Virus record (IMG/VR): IMGVR_UViG_3300042465_002123
Coordinates: 1 to 56,208 of that record
DNA length: 56,208 nt
Reading direction: 5' to 3' (one strand)
From: a virus
Taxonomy: Duplodnaviria; Caudoviricetes
The translations under genes and the position numbers were made by a program. Shown piece by piece: positions 29,081 to 37,079 of the stretch. The notes below the pieces were generated by a model. It saw only the letters and a program-made list of their open reading frames with translations. It was not told the DNA's origin and searched no databases. The first letter of the stretch is position 1. Every line of letters starts with the position of its first letter.

Positions 29081-29316
29081 CGGTCGTACCGCTCTTCAAA
29101 GTCGCTGGGCTCCCGGCCTGCCTTAGTCAACCGCAGTTGCTGCTCACGCAGGGCATCGATCTCGGCCCACAGCTTGACGCCATACGGGTCGCTGGGGGGT
29201 AGGTCCTTGCGCAGGGCCAGCGTGTCGTGGCAGTCGAACAAGGCACGCCGGCAGGTGTACCAGTCGTAGTCCTTGACCTTGATCTCGAAGACCTCGTGCC
29301 AGTCGTTGTAAGTCAT
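29074..29316 (-). CDS. Hypothetical early protein
   Basis: Likely start MTYNDW (ATGA overlap with 29313). Confidence 0.6.
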   Translation of the reverse strand: MTYNDWHEVFEIKVKDYDWYTCRRALFDCHDTLALRKDLPPSDPYGVKLWAEIDALREQQLRLTKAGREPSDFEERYDRG

Positions 29317-29582
29317 GCTGCAAACTTCTTGATAAGTGCTTTGAGCTTGCGCACTTGACCTTTTGCCCAAACCTTTTGCGTTGGCCCGTTCTCACCGCGC
29401 AAATCTTCAGCGTTCCAATGCGATTCGTTCGGATCAACAAACAGGCTTAAAACATATTCAGCTTCTTTCACGATTTCAGCATCGGTGTAGTCCTCAATTT
29501 CTTTTTTGTCATCAGCAGAAATGTTCTCAAGGTCGTAGGCCAATTCGTCAATTGCCAAGGCCGCTTTAATGATTGCTCTCAT
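29313..29582 (-). CDS. Hypothetical acidic early protein
   Basis: Likely start MRAIIK with an AAGGA RBS. Confidence 0.65.
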   Translation of the reverse strand: MRAIIKAALAIDELAYDLENISADDKKEIEDYTDAEIVKEAEYVLSLFVDPNESHWNAEDLRGENGPTQKVWAKGQVRKLKALIKKFAA

Positions 29583-29626
29583 GGTGATTTCCTTCGTGTG
29601 TGTATGTTGATCGGAATTAATCAACA

Positions 29627-29685
29627 CCTCTACTGTAACACGAAGTTTGAGTAGTCAACATTTAAATCGTAGGTGTTTTCCCTAA
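29627..29685 (-). promoter_or_regulatory. Second copy of the early promoter
   Basis: CCTCTACTGTAACA-N19-ATTTAAATCGTAGG is identical in both blocks and spacing to 29024-29070. Confidence 0.7.
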
Positions 29686-29930
29686 TGCTTCTGAACCAAG
29701 GCCCTTGCCCGGATGGCGTCGCCCAGCTTCTCAATGTCCACGCACTCGTCGGCCATCTGCGCGCAGGCTTCGCGCTCCTCGCTGATGGCGTACTTGGTAG
29801 CCTCGATGGCGATGGTGATGATCTCGGCCTTGGCCTCGGCCAGCGCCTTGTCAAACTCGTGTTGGGTGAACAGGGTCTCACCCCGGTTGCCAAAGAGGAT
29901 TTGTTTTTGAAAGTTGCTCAGTTCTGCCAT
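29682..29930 (-). CDS. Hypothetical protein (EREACA...AIRAR family)
   Basis: 82 aa; AGGAG RBS; the C-terminal motif is common in proteobacterial phage early genes. Confidence 0.7.
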   Translation of the reverse strand: MAELSNFQKQILFGNRGETLFTQHEFDKALAEAKAEIITIAIEATKYAISEEREACAQMADECVDIEKLGDAIRARALVQKH

Positions 29931-29933
29931 GTC

Positions 29934-30176
29934 TTACTCCTGTGATTGGCCCATGACACGGGCCTCCATTAGTTTGTTGCTCTTTCGCAACAGCGTGTTC
30001 TCGTCTTTCAGCTCGGCCACCCTAGTCGTCAAGTAGCTAATGCGGCTCTCAGCCTGTTTAATCCAGTCGGCGACCTCTACGGGCATGCGGTACTCCACGG
30101 CGGGCTCAGCGGCCCGTTTTGGGGCCTTAGCGGGCGTTTTGGACAATTTTTCGTTGATCTTGGCTGTTGGGCTCAT
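29934..30176 (-). CDS. Hypothetical coiled-coil protein
   Basis: 80 aa; AGGAGG RBS. Confidence 0.65.
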   Translation of the reverse strand: MSPTAKINEKLSKTPAKAPKRAAEPAVEYRMPVEVADWIKQAESRISYLTTRVAELKDENTLLRKSNKLMEARVMGQSQE

Positions 30177-30409
30177 GGCTGGCCCTCCTTAGCGATGCGC
30201 AGCTCGTCCTCCAACTGAGCGATTTGCTCCTTGAGCGCGTCGATCTCGCTGTTCGCTGCCTCTAGGTCCTCTTGCGCAGAGTCCAGCTCGTTCTCGTACT
30301 TGGTCTGGTTGACCTGCTCGTCGATGGCGTGGCCCAGCGTCTTTGCCATCTGGGTGTGGCCGGTGATGTAGGCCTCGCGCTCTTGTTCCTGCATGGTCTT
30401 GAAAGTCAT
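30173..30409 (-). CDS. Hypothetical acidic coiled-coil protein
   Basis: 78 aa; AGGAG RBS. Confidence 0.65.
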   Translation of the reverse strand: MTFKTMQEQEREAYITGHTQMAKTLGHAIDEQVNQTKYENELDSAQEDLEAANSEIDALKEQIAQLEDELRIAKEGQP

Positions 30410-30427
30410 CTCGATCTCCTTGGGTTG

Positions 30428-30445
30428 TGGCCCCCGAGGGGGCCA
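30428..30445. terminator. GC-rich intergenic hairpin (possible terminator or processing site)
   Basis: TGGCCCC-CGAG-GGGGCCA after the DUF932 gene; no clear U-tract. Confidence 0.4.
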
Positions 30446-30451
30446 TTTGGT

Positions 30452-31318
30452 TTACAGGTATGCGTGCTCGTAACGGGCTGCGAACTCGTCGACCGCCTTG
30501 TCGATCTTCAGCGCCGCCATGCTATCAGCCAGCGTCCACAGGGCCTTGTTGAGCTTGACGTTCTCGGTGACGCCGCCCACAGCGCGGGTGGTGGTGCGAC
30601 GGCCGGTGGCAGCACGACCTGCCACGCCGCCCTTGATCAGGTTCTCCTGCACGCGGTTGAACACGGTCCACAGGTCGGACTTCTGGTCAGCGTAACGGGA
30701 CACTTGCAACAAGCTGGTGGGCTTGACCGGGGACACATCACCCCAGCGCATCTGCATCGCGGCCGTGGCGAAGGCCATGCTCTCAGACTGGCTCAGCTCG
30801 ATGCCCTTGTACTCACCGATGCGCGCCACGACTTCTTCGGTCTCGTGCAGGATGCGGGTGGCGCCCTCGATCACGTTGTCCACCACGTTGCCGGTGTGAC
30901 GAACGCGCACGTTCTCGGTGATGTCGCCGGCGATCAAGCCGTTGGAGCACACGAAGCGAAACACCCCTGCCATCAGCTGGTAGCTGCTGCTGCCGTCGTG
31001 GCTGTTGAGCAGGATGATCTCGGGCACCTCGGCCGCTGTGTCGATATGGCTGACATGACGCATGCGGACCATGTGCTTGGTGTGCTCACGCTTGTCGATG
31101 CTGCGCACCTTGGTCTGACGGACCTCGTAAGGAGCAAAGCCTTCAGCGCGCAGGCCGTCGATCACTTGGATCGTCGGGATGAAGCTGTACTTGTCGCCAC
31201 GGCTGTGGTGTGCCCCCTCTGCCATCACGCTCGGGGCGTAGTGGCCGATCTGGGCGTTGCTCAGAGCCGTGGTGGAGCGGAAGGTGGACTGGGCGGAAGA
31301 GGAAGCGTAGCGGATCAT
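30452..31318 (-). CDS. DUF932-family protein
   Basis: 288 aa. APSV.A...H.SR.DKY.FIPT..V.D.L..EGF.P, H.KHM.R.R, LNSHDGSSSYQL.AG.FRFVC.NGL, DLWTVFNRVQEN, N.KLN.ALW.LA. Confidence 0.85.
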   Translation of the reverse strand: MIRYASSSAQSTFRSTTALSNAQIGHYAPSVMAEGAHHSRGDKYSFIPTIQVIDGLRAEGFAPYEVRQTKVRSIDKREHTKHMVRMRHVSHIDTAAEVPEIILLNSHDGSSSYQLMAGVFRFVCSNGLIAGDITENVRVRHTGNVVDNVIEGATRILHETEEVVARIGEYKGIELSQSESMAFATAAMQMRWGDVSPVKPTSLLQVSRYADQKSDLWTVFNRVQENLIKGGVAGRAATGRRTTTRAVGGVTENVKLNKALWTLADSMAALKIDKAVDEFAARYEHAYL

Positions 31319-31352
31319 TTGGAACTCCTTGGGTTTGGTTAGGCTGGGCGGA

Positions 31353-31631
31353 TTAACGTGATGTCACTTTGACAGAGAAAACTGCGGTGGTCTTCTGGAA
31401 GCTATCGTAGGCTTCCTGACCATGGGCCTTGACGAACGCGACCTTGTCGAACACCGAGCGGTTGCACTCGACATAAGCCGCCTTGAAGAGCGCGCCTTCG
31501 ACAGACACGCCGCCGTCTTTGATCTGATCCTTGATCTTGTCGGCCTGCTTGGTCAGGTCAGCGATCTGGGCGAGCAGCACGCCGAGCTTGTCAACCGAAG
31601 CGCCGTCGATGGTGGTGGTGAAAGTTGTCAT
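31353..31631 (-). CDS. Small early protein
   Basis: 92 aa; GGAG RBS; first gene after the promoter at 31688-31717. Confidence 0.7.
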   Translation of the reverse strand: MTTFTTTIDGASVDKLGVLLAQIADLTKQADKIKDQIKDGGVSVEGALFKAAYVECNRSVFDKVAFVKAHGQEAYDSFQKTTAVFSVKVTSR

Positions 31632-31687
31632 TTGAAATCTCCGTATGTGTGTGTTGAGAAGGTATCGCGTTTTGTTGCGATGATTGA

Positions 31688-31717
31688 ATTCTACAACCCT
31701 TTTATTGTGGATTTCAA
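31688..31717 (-). promoter_or_regulatory. Sigma70-type promoter
   Basis: TTGAAA-N18-TAGAAT with AT-rich UP-like sequence upstream. Confidence 0.55.
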
Positions 31718-31754
31718 CCGTTTTAAATTTATTTTCAATTTATTTTGAATCTGT

Positions 31755-31895
31755 TGTTTTTTACACAATTGAGCTTCAAACGCTGCTTCATGCTTCACCC
31801 TCTAAAGAGGGGTGAAGCAGCTGAAGCATGAAGCATGTTTCTGAAGCGCTTCAGAAGCAACTTGAAGCAGATGAAGCAAGCTATTTTTTACAAAC
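31755..31895. repeat. Iteron-like array / putative replication origin
   Basis: About ten TGAAGC/GCTTCA copies in both orientations around a near-palindrome (31791-31819), with AT-rich flanks, directly downstream of the primase-helicase gene. Confidence 0.7.
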
Positions 31896-31902
31896 ATGCA
31901 AA

Positions 31903-34038
31903 TTATTGCGCGCTGGCCTGAACGCTCGCCGACACAGGCAAGGTGATCATTCCGGTCTTACTTTCGACAAAATAGCCCGCCGAAATCATGTCCCCGATGT
32001 CCCGATTGACGTTCGTCATGCGCTGATCCCGAACGCCGTCGCCCCTTGGCCGCTCCGCTGCTGCCGCCGTGACCAGCTCATTACGCGACAGGACTCCGTC
32101 CCCCAGCAGCAGCATGTTGACCGCCATGGTCATGATGGCCTTGCGCCCAGCCCCCTTGGGCTCCTGTTGGACCACGACCGTCTGCCGCGTGCTATCGGTG
32201 AACTCCACCACGCACGTGGTCTCATCGTCGCCGTCATCGTCCTTGCCCACCACCAGTGTCTGGAGCCTGAAGCCAAACTCGCCACCATCGGCGCCGCCCT
32301 TCATCTTCGTGATGCTCGCCACGCGGTCCTCGCCGGCCCTGATAATCTCGTACTCAAAGTCACACGCTGCGCGCAAGCCTGACCATCCCCGGGCCCCTCT
32401 GGACTCGTCCTTGCCGCTGTGGTGTACAGGGGCCACCATGGCGCCTGTGAGGCGCGTGATCTGCTTGCAGTGGCCCATGACCTTGCCCATGTCCTCGCCG
32501 CTGTTCTCGTTGCCACCGGGCATGACCTGAGCCAGCGTGTCGATGATGATTAGGTCGAACTCGCCCTGCTCGCGGATCTTCTTGATCAGGGCCTTGACAT
32601 CCTCGACCGCCATCAGGTTGGGCGCGTTGGCAATGAACTTCATGGGCAGATCGTCTGGGCTGATGCCAGCAGCCATGCAGTAGCCCGCCACGCGCTTTCT
32701 CATGTCCTCCTGACCCTCAGCTGCGATCCAGAGCACGCGCCCCTTGGTGGTCTTGTGGCCGCGCCACTCGATGCCCCGTGAGATGGCCGCAGCCATGTCG
32801 AACACGAAGAACGACTTGCCGGAGCCTGACGCACCGTAGAACACGCCGAAGTTGGCGTAGGGCAGCACATCCTTGATCAGCCATGTTGCCTTCGTGCGCA
32901 CCACGAACTCAGCTGCCGTGTAGAGCTTGAAGCGCTCCTCCTTGACCGCTGCGTCCGCAGCAGCCACCGCAGCTGCCTCGACCACCTCGGGGTTGCCTGA
33001 GACATCCTCGAAGTCGTCGATGGTGTTGACCAGCCCGAGCTTGTGCATGAACTCCATGCGCGGGCGCTCGGTGCAGTGGGCGTGCAGGCAGATGAACTGG
33101 CCCAGTGCGTGGCCGTTGGTGTAGGGCAGTCGGTACTGGGTCGAGGTCTCGGCGCTGGGGCCGCTGTGGTCCTCGTCGAACGGGCACTCGATGTTAAAAC
33201 CGTCCCGTGTCTTGCTCTTGATCAGGCCCAGATCGTCAAGCCGGTTGGCGATGGGGTCCTCGTGGGCGATGTCCAGCAGGCGCTGGCCGGAGCCACCGGC
33301 GGACGCCACGGCCACCGAGGGGATCTCGCCGGTCAGGTGGACCGACGGGTGACCGGGCTCAAAGCCTGAGCGCTGGAGCACGGGGTCCACGACACCGGGC
33401 TCGAACACTGGGTTGGCCGTGAAGTGGGCCTGCACCGGGTTGAACAGAGCCAGATCGGCCTCTAGGCTGGTGGCCTTGGCGAAGGCCTTGAGCTGCGCGC
33501 TGGTGAGCGGGCTGTCCAGCCAGAACCACAGGTGTGCGCGCAGACCGTCAGGCTTGCTGGGGTGGCCGGCTGAGCTGGACAGCTGCCAGTGGTAAGCAGC
33601 GTTGTGCCAGTCAGCGGACAGGCGCAGCTGCACGAACTCAGCGATGGCCTTCTCGGGGTGTGTCATCGCGTCCCACGCGAACGGCTCGTAGCCGTCCACA
33701 TCGATCATGACGCTGTGCAGGGGCTGGTCTTGGAAGTAGTCCAGCGCCTTGCGCACGTACCCCGGCTTCCATTGGTCACCGTCGCGCACCAAGGCGATGT
33801 GGTTGCCCACGTAGTCGCCGCGTATCAGGCAGGAGCTGGGCTGGCCCTCTAGCTCGGTGAGCAGCTTGGACAAGGACTCGATGCCGTCAACAGCGCGGCG
33901 CTCGAGGCGGTAGTACTTGGCGTCGTCGAAGGCAGCGATAGTACCGTCTGCCTTCCATGTCTTGGTGACCCTGTTGCGTGGGTGTGTCAGGACGGAAAGC
34001 GTATCTGAGGGTGTCGAACCCTCGTTGTCTATGGTCAT
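31903..34038 (-). CDS. Primase-helicase (N-terminal primase-like region, Zn motif, RepA/AAA_25-type helicase)
   Basis: 711 aa. IDVD and SSSAG..LRAHLWFWL; CPF..H..C.H.HC; Walker A YGASGSGKSF, Walker B IIIDTL, GNENS..DM, VHHSGKD..RGARG.S. Confidence 0.85.
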   Translation of the reverse strand: MTIDNEGSTPSDTLSVLTHPRNRVTKTWKADGTIAAFDDAKYYRLERRAVDGIESLSKLLTELEGQPSSCLIRGDYVGNHIALVRDGDQWKPGYVRKALDYFQDQPLHSVMIDVDGYEPFAWDAMTHPEKAIAEFVQLRLSADWHNAAYHWQLSSSAGHPSKPDGLRAHLWFWLDSPLTSAQLKAFAKATSLEADLALFNPVQAHFTANPVFEPGVVDPVLQRSGFEPGHPSVHLTGEIPSVAVASAGGSGQRLLDIAHEDPIANRLDDLGLIKSKTRDGFNIECPFDEDHSGPSAETSTQYRLPYTNGHALGQFICLHAHCTERPRMEFMHKLGLVNTIDDFEDVSGNPEVVEAAAVAAADAAVKEERFKLYTAAEFVVRTKATWLIKDVLPYANFGVFYGASGSGKSFFVFDMAAAISRGIEWRGHKTTKGRVLWIAAEGQEDMRKRVAGYCMAAGISPDDLPMKFIANAPNLMAVEDVKALIKKIREQGEFDLIIIDTLAQVMPGGNENSGEDMGKVMGHCKQITRLTGAMVAPVHHSGKDESRGARGWSGLRAACDFEYEIIRAGEDRVASITKMKGGADGGEFGFRLQTLVVGKDDDGDDETTCVVEFTDSTRQTVVVQQEPKGAGRKAIMTMAVNMLLLGDGVLSRNELVTAAAAERPRGDGVRDQRMTNVNRDIGDMISAGYFVESKTGMITLPVSASVQASAQ

Positions 34039-34067
34039 TGTTGTTTTCTACCCGGCAACGCACCCCT

Positions 34068-34138
34068 AAAAAAGAACGACGGCAAGTGGGGGTAGTTCAC
34101 TGTTCAGGTGTGGGATCAGCACACCCTAGCCGGGTTCG
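34068..34138 (-). ncRNA. c4-antisense-like three-way-junction RNA / attenuator upstream of the primase-helicase
   Basis: Minus strand: GAAC-C-CGGC...GCCG-UC-GUUC closing stem, AGGGUGUG/CACACCU and AGUG/CACU hairpins, then U6. Confidence 0.5.
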
Positions 34139-34150
34139 ACGAGCAGTATA

Positions 34151-34363
34151 TCAAAGGCTCGTCGGGGCGAGCAGGTCCACCAGTTTAGGGTTGACAAGCA
34201 GCGAGCGACTGACGCCCGTGACCTGCTCGACCTCCACCACACGCTCGGGAGGGCAGTAGCCTTGGCGCAGCCAGAAGCCCACGTTCTGCTGGGAGCACCC
34301 CAGCAGCTTGGCGAGCTTGGTCTGCGAGCCCGCAGCGTAGATGGCCTGTTCAATTCCTGTCAT
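34151..34363 (-). CDS. Cro/YdaS-like HTH transcriptional regulator
   Basis: 70 aa. AI..AGSQTKLAKLLGCSQQNV..W...G..P......VEQVTGVSR..L. Confidence 0.85.
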   Translation of the reverse strand: MTGIEQAIYAAGSQTKLAKLLGCSQQNVGFWLRQGYCPPERVVEVEQVTGVSRSLLVNPKLVDLLAPTSL

Positions 34364-34483
34364 TTCTTTTCCTTGCTGGGCCACTCTGCCCAAAAAACTG
34401 GTTCACCTACTATCTCTTCTCGACCCTCCACCCGCGCTATAAACTCAAGCATCGTGGACATTGATGTGGCTTAAATAAGTCGT

Positions 34484-34759
34484 TCATATCAGCAAGCTCC
34501 ATATCCAAAGGCCAGTAAAAAACGCCATAGCAAAGAACACCATCAGCACTGCCATTACAGCGCCGATCATTAACCGCCCAACCGTGTGCCATGAGTCTGG
34601 CACTGGGTCGATGTCGGCGGGTATCGCCGGATACGGGGCAATCTTGCGAATGGTTGTCTCCCCCGTGTTAATAGTCGCAATTGTGAAGTCGCAACCCCAC
34701 ATGCACTTAGGCTTATGCGGGCACTCGAGCCGCCCTGTGTCGCAACCTGTGTTACTCAT
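34484..34759 (-). CDS. Small membrane protein with a Cys-rich N-terminus
   Basis: 91 aa; GCDTGR..CPH...C..C; C-terminal transmembrane helix. Confidence 0.6.
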   Translation of the reverse strand: MSNTGCDTGRLECPHKPKCMWGCDFTIATINTGETTIRKIAPYPAIPADIDPVPDSWHTVGRLMIGAVMAVLMVFFAMAFFTGLWIWSLLI

Positions 34760-34920
34760 GATTTCCTCGCTTCCAGCATTGCGTCTGCTATTGCGTAAGC
34801 CCTTATTGCAAATACCTTCAATGGCGCGTTGACTTCAGAAGCCAATAAGCCTTGAACGGCTTGAGCGGCGAAGTAGTCTCGCAGGGTCATGCCTTTGAAA
34901 AGACGGCTCCAGATGTTCAT
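34756..34920 (-). CDS. 54-aa GMTLRDYFAA-family phage protein (not in the ORF track)
   Basis: MNIWSRLFKGMTLRDYFAAQAVQGLLASEVNAPLKVFAIRAYAIADAMLEARKS; ATGA overlaps at both ends. Confidence 0.75.
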   Translation of the reverse strand: MNIWSRLFKGMTLRDYFAAQAVQGLLASEVNAPLKVFAIRAYAIADAMLEARKS

Positions 34921-35192
34921 GATGTTTTCTCCGAATAAAATTTAACTTTACGGCGGGCGCCGGGTACCTTGCGCAGCTCGAAGGTGATCCAGCCGTTGCG
35001 CACACCGTTGCCCACAATGGCGCTCACGCTGGTCTGTGGCACCGCAGGCAGGCCCGCCAGCATGCTGGCAAGGGTGCAGGGCTGGTTGGCCCGCAAGTAA
35101 GCCACGACGGCCTTCTGGTTACCTGCACGGGGGACCGGGTCTTCCTTCTTGACCATGGGCGCGCCCTTGAAAAGACGGTTCCAGATGTTCAT
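34917..35192 (-). CDS. Small basic protein, possible winged HTH
   Basis: 91 aa; AVVAYLRAN..CT...M...L......SVSA.V....RNG.I. Confidence 0.55.
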   Translation of the reverse strand: MNIWNRLFKGAPMVKKEDPVPRAGNQKAVVAYLRANQPCTLASMLAGLPAVPQTSVSAIVGNGVRNGWITFELRKVPGARRKVKFYSEKTS

Positions 35193-35398
35193 GTCGTAGT
35201 GTCCGTTTGCTGGGCGATGCGCGCCTCAAGGCGCTTGATGCAGGCCGCGTTGTAATCAACGACGCTCTTGGCAAAATCAACACCAGCCTCGGCTTCGAGC
35301 TTGTCCCTGCGAGCTTCGTTGAGCTTGTACAGGATGACCTCTTCAAGAGTCGGCCGGCGGATCAGGTTGTGCAGATAAGGGAGAGGATTCCAGTTCAT
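35189..35398 (-). CDS. Hypothetical protein
   Basis: 69 aa; AGGA RBS; L.EA.R..LEA....DFA.S.V.YN...I.RL pattern. Confidence 0.65.
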   Translation of the reverse strand: MNWNPLPYLHNLIRRPTLEEVILYKLNEARRDKLEAEAGVDFAKSVVDYNAACIKRLEARIAQQTDTTT

Positions 35399-35440
35399 GT
35401 ATGTATCCTAAGTTACGCAGCAAAAGCACTGCTGGACCGG

Positions 35441-35469
35441 ATCATACAACAAGATTTTGTGGATCACAA
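35441..35469 (-). promoter_or_regulatory. Leftward sigma70-type promoter in the divergent control region
   Basis: TTGTGA-N17-TATGAT. A TACAGT -10-like hexamer on the + strand at 35514-35519 may drive the rightward operon. Confidence 0.55.
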
Positions 35470-35565
35470 CAAATTATTTTTAAAAAGTTACAGCACAGGC
35501 TTAAAAAGTGATGTACAGTATGGTTTCGACAATGATTTTGTTGTCGTTTTACTGGAGATACACAC

Positions 35566-35913
35566 ATGAGCCTTGAACAAGAACTGGCACGGAACACAGA
35601 GGCAATGATCGCCCTGACCGCTGCCCTTACTGCGCACGCAGCGCCAGCCCCGGCCGAGAAGGTGAAGCCCCCAAAGCCAGTGGCGGTGGCTACGCCCACC
35701 TCACCGGCGGCAGATCCTATCGCTACATCGACGCCTACGGAACCATCGTCACCGTCGGCTATTGAGTACGCTGATGTCGCCAAGGCCATCACAAGCACTT
35801 TCAAGGTGAACCGTGCGAAGACCATCGAGACGCTGGCTATGTTTGGCGCCACCAAAGGTCCCCAGCTCAAGCCCGAAGACTACGCGCTCTTCTTGAAGGT
35901 GTTGGCAGAATGA
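35566..35913 (+). CDS. Replication-module hypothetical protein
   Basis: 115 aa. MSLEQ.L..NT.A...L, Pro/Ala linker, C-terminal L..FGA.K...LKPE.Y; typical first gene before DUF2800. Confidence 0.7.
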   Translation: MSLEQELARNTEAMIALTAALTAHAAPAPAEKVKPPKPVAVATPTSPAADPIATSTPTEPSSPSAIEYADVAKAITSTFKVNRAKTIETLAMFGATKGPQLKPEDYALFLKVLAE

Positions 35914-37064
35914 GCACACACGCCAAGCTGTCGCCCAGCAGCGCCATCCGTTGGATGACCTGCCCGGGCTCGGTGGCGCTGTCTGAGGGGATCGAGGACA
36001 CCAGCTCCGACGCGGCCAACGAGGGCACGATGATGCACACCATTGCGTCCAAGTGCCTTGAGACCGGGCGGGATGCGCACAGCTACGTGGACATCCGCGA
36101 CGAAGAGACCGGCCTGACGTTGGACATCGATCAGGCGGTGGCCGTGCAGACCTACTTGAACACCGTGCGCGACATCGTTGAGGCCACCGGCGGTGAGCTG
36201 CTGGTCGAGCAGCGCCTGCCCATCGGCTGGATGACCGGCGAGAAGGGCGCAGCCGGCACCGCCGACGCCGTGATCCTGACCATGGACGAGTTGATCGTCG
36301 TTGACGCCAAGTTCGGTCGTGGGGTTGTGGTGGAGGCCGACAGCAACCCCCAGCTGCTGATGTACGCCGCTGCTGCCTACGACGAGCACAAGGTCGCCTA
36401 CGACTTCAGGACCGTGCGTCTGGTGATCAGCCAACCCCGTCTTGGCGCAAGCCCTGAGTGGACGACGATCCCCGACGAGCTGCTCAAGTTCGCGGCCGAG
36501 GTGGCGCGCTCAGCTGATGGGATTCGTCAAGGCAGCGACCGGCTGGTGCCCACCGAGAAGGGTTGCCGCTGGTGCAGGGCCAAGGCCACTTGCCCAGCCA
36601 TCCGCTCCAAGGTGATGGACGACTTTGACACCGTGGTGCCCGAGACGGCCGACGAGCAGGATCTGGCCCGGGTGATGGCGAACGCCAACATGATCGAGGC
36701 GTGGGTCAAGGCCGTGCGCGCAGAGGTCGAGCGGCGCTTGCTGGCCGGCGAGCCAGTCACCGGTTACAAGCTGGTGCAGGGCAAGCGTGGCAACCGCCAG
36801 TGGGCCAACCCCGAGACCGCTGAGGAAGCGCTCAAGGCCATGCGCATAAAGCATGCGCAGATGTATGACTACAAGTTGGCAAGCCCAACGAGTATCGAGA
36901 AGTTGGTCAAGGCCGAAGAGATTGGACCGCGTCAGTGGGCCAAGATCCAAGCCCTGATCACCCAGAGCGAGGGCACACCATCGGTGGCGCCTGAGTCCGA
37001 CAAACGTGTGGCACTGGTCCCGTCAGCCTCCGTTTCTGATTTTGACGACGTGACATCCCTGTAA
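35910..37064 (+). CDS. DUF2800 Cas4-like PD-(D/E)XK nuclease
   Basis: 384 aa. HAKLSPSS..RW..CPGS, EGT..H, GTADA, D.KFG.G, N.QL..YA, CRWCRA...CP, GYKLV.G..GNR.W. Confidence 0.88.
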   Translation: MSTHAKLSPSSAIRWMTCPGSVALSEGIEDTSSDAANEGTMMHTIASKCLETGRDAHSYVDIRDEETGLTLDIDQAVAVQTYLNTVRDIVEATGGELLVEQRLPIGWMTGEKGAAGTADAVILTMDELIVVDAKFGRGVVVEADSNPQLLMYAAAAYDEHKVAYDFRTVRLVISQPRLGASPEWTTIPDELLKFAAEVARSADGIRQGSDRLVPTEKGCRWCRAKATCPAIRSKVMDDFDTVVPETADEQDLARVMANANMIEAWVKAVRAEVERRLLAGEPVTGYKLVQGKRGNRQWANPETAEEALKAMRIKHAQMYDYKLASPTSIEKLVKAEEIGPRQWAKIQALITQSEGTPSVAPESDKRVALVPSASVSDFDDVTSL

Positions 37065-37079
37065 CTTTTGGAGAAATCT

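Noticed and set aside
31770-31880. Short repeats as a mini-CRISPR, or the 184-aa ORF 31828-32382
   Set aside because: Units are 6-7 bp in both orientations with no spacers; the ORF is antisense to the helicase.
34361-34487. Possible small Cys gene MNDLFKPHQCPRC...
   Set aside because: Stops after 16 codons; may be a frameshifted remnant but cannot be supported.
35910-37064. Cas4-like nuclease suggesting CRISPR
   Set aside because: Typical DUF2800 gene of phage replication modules; no repeat-spacer array or other cas genes seen.
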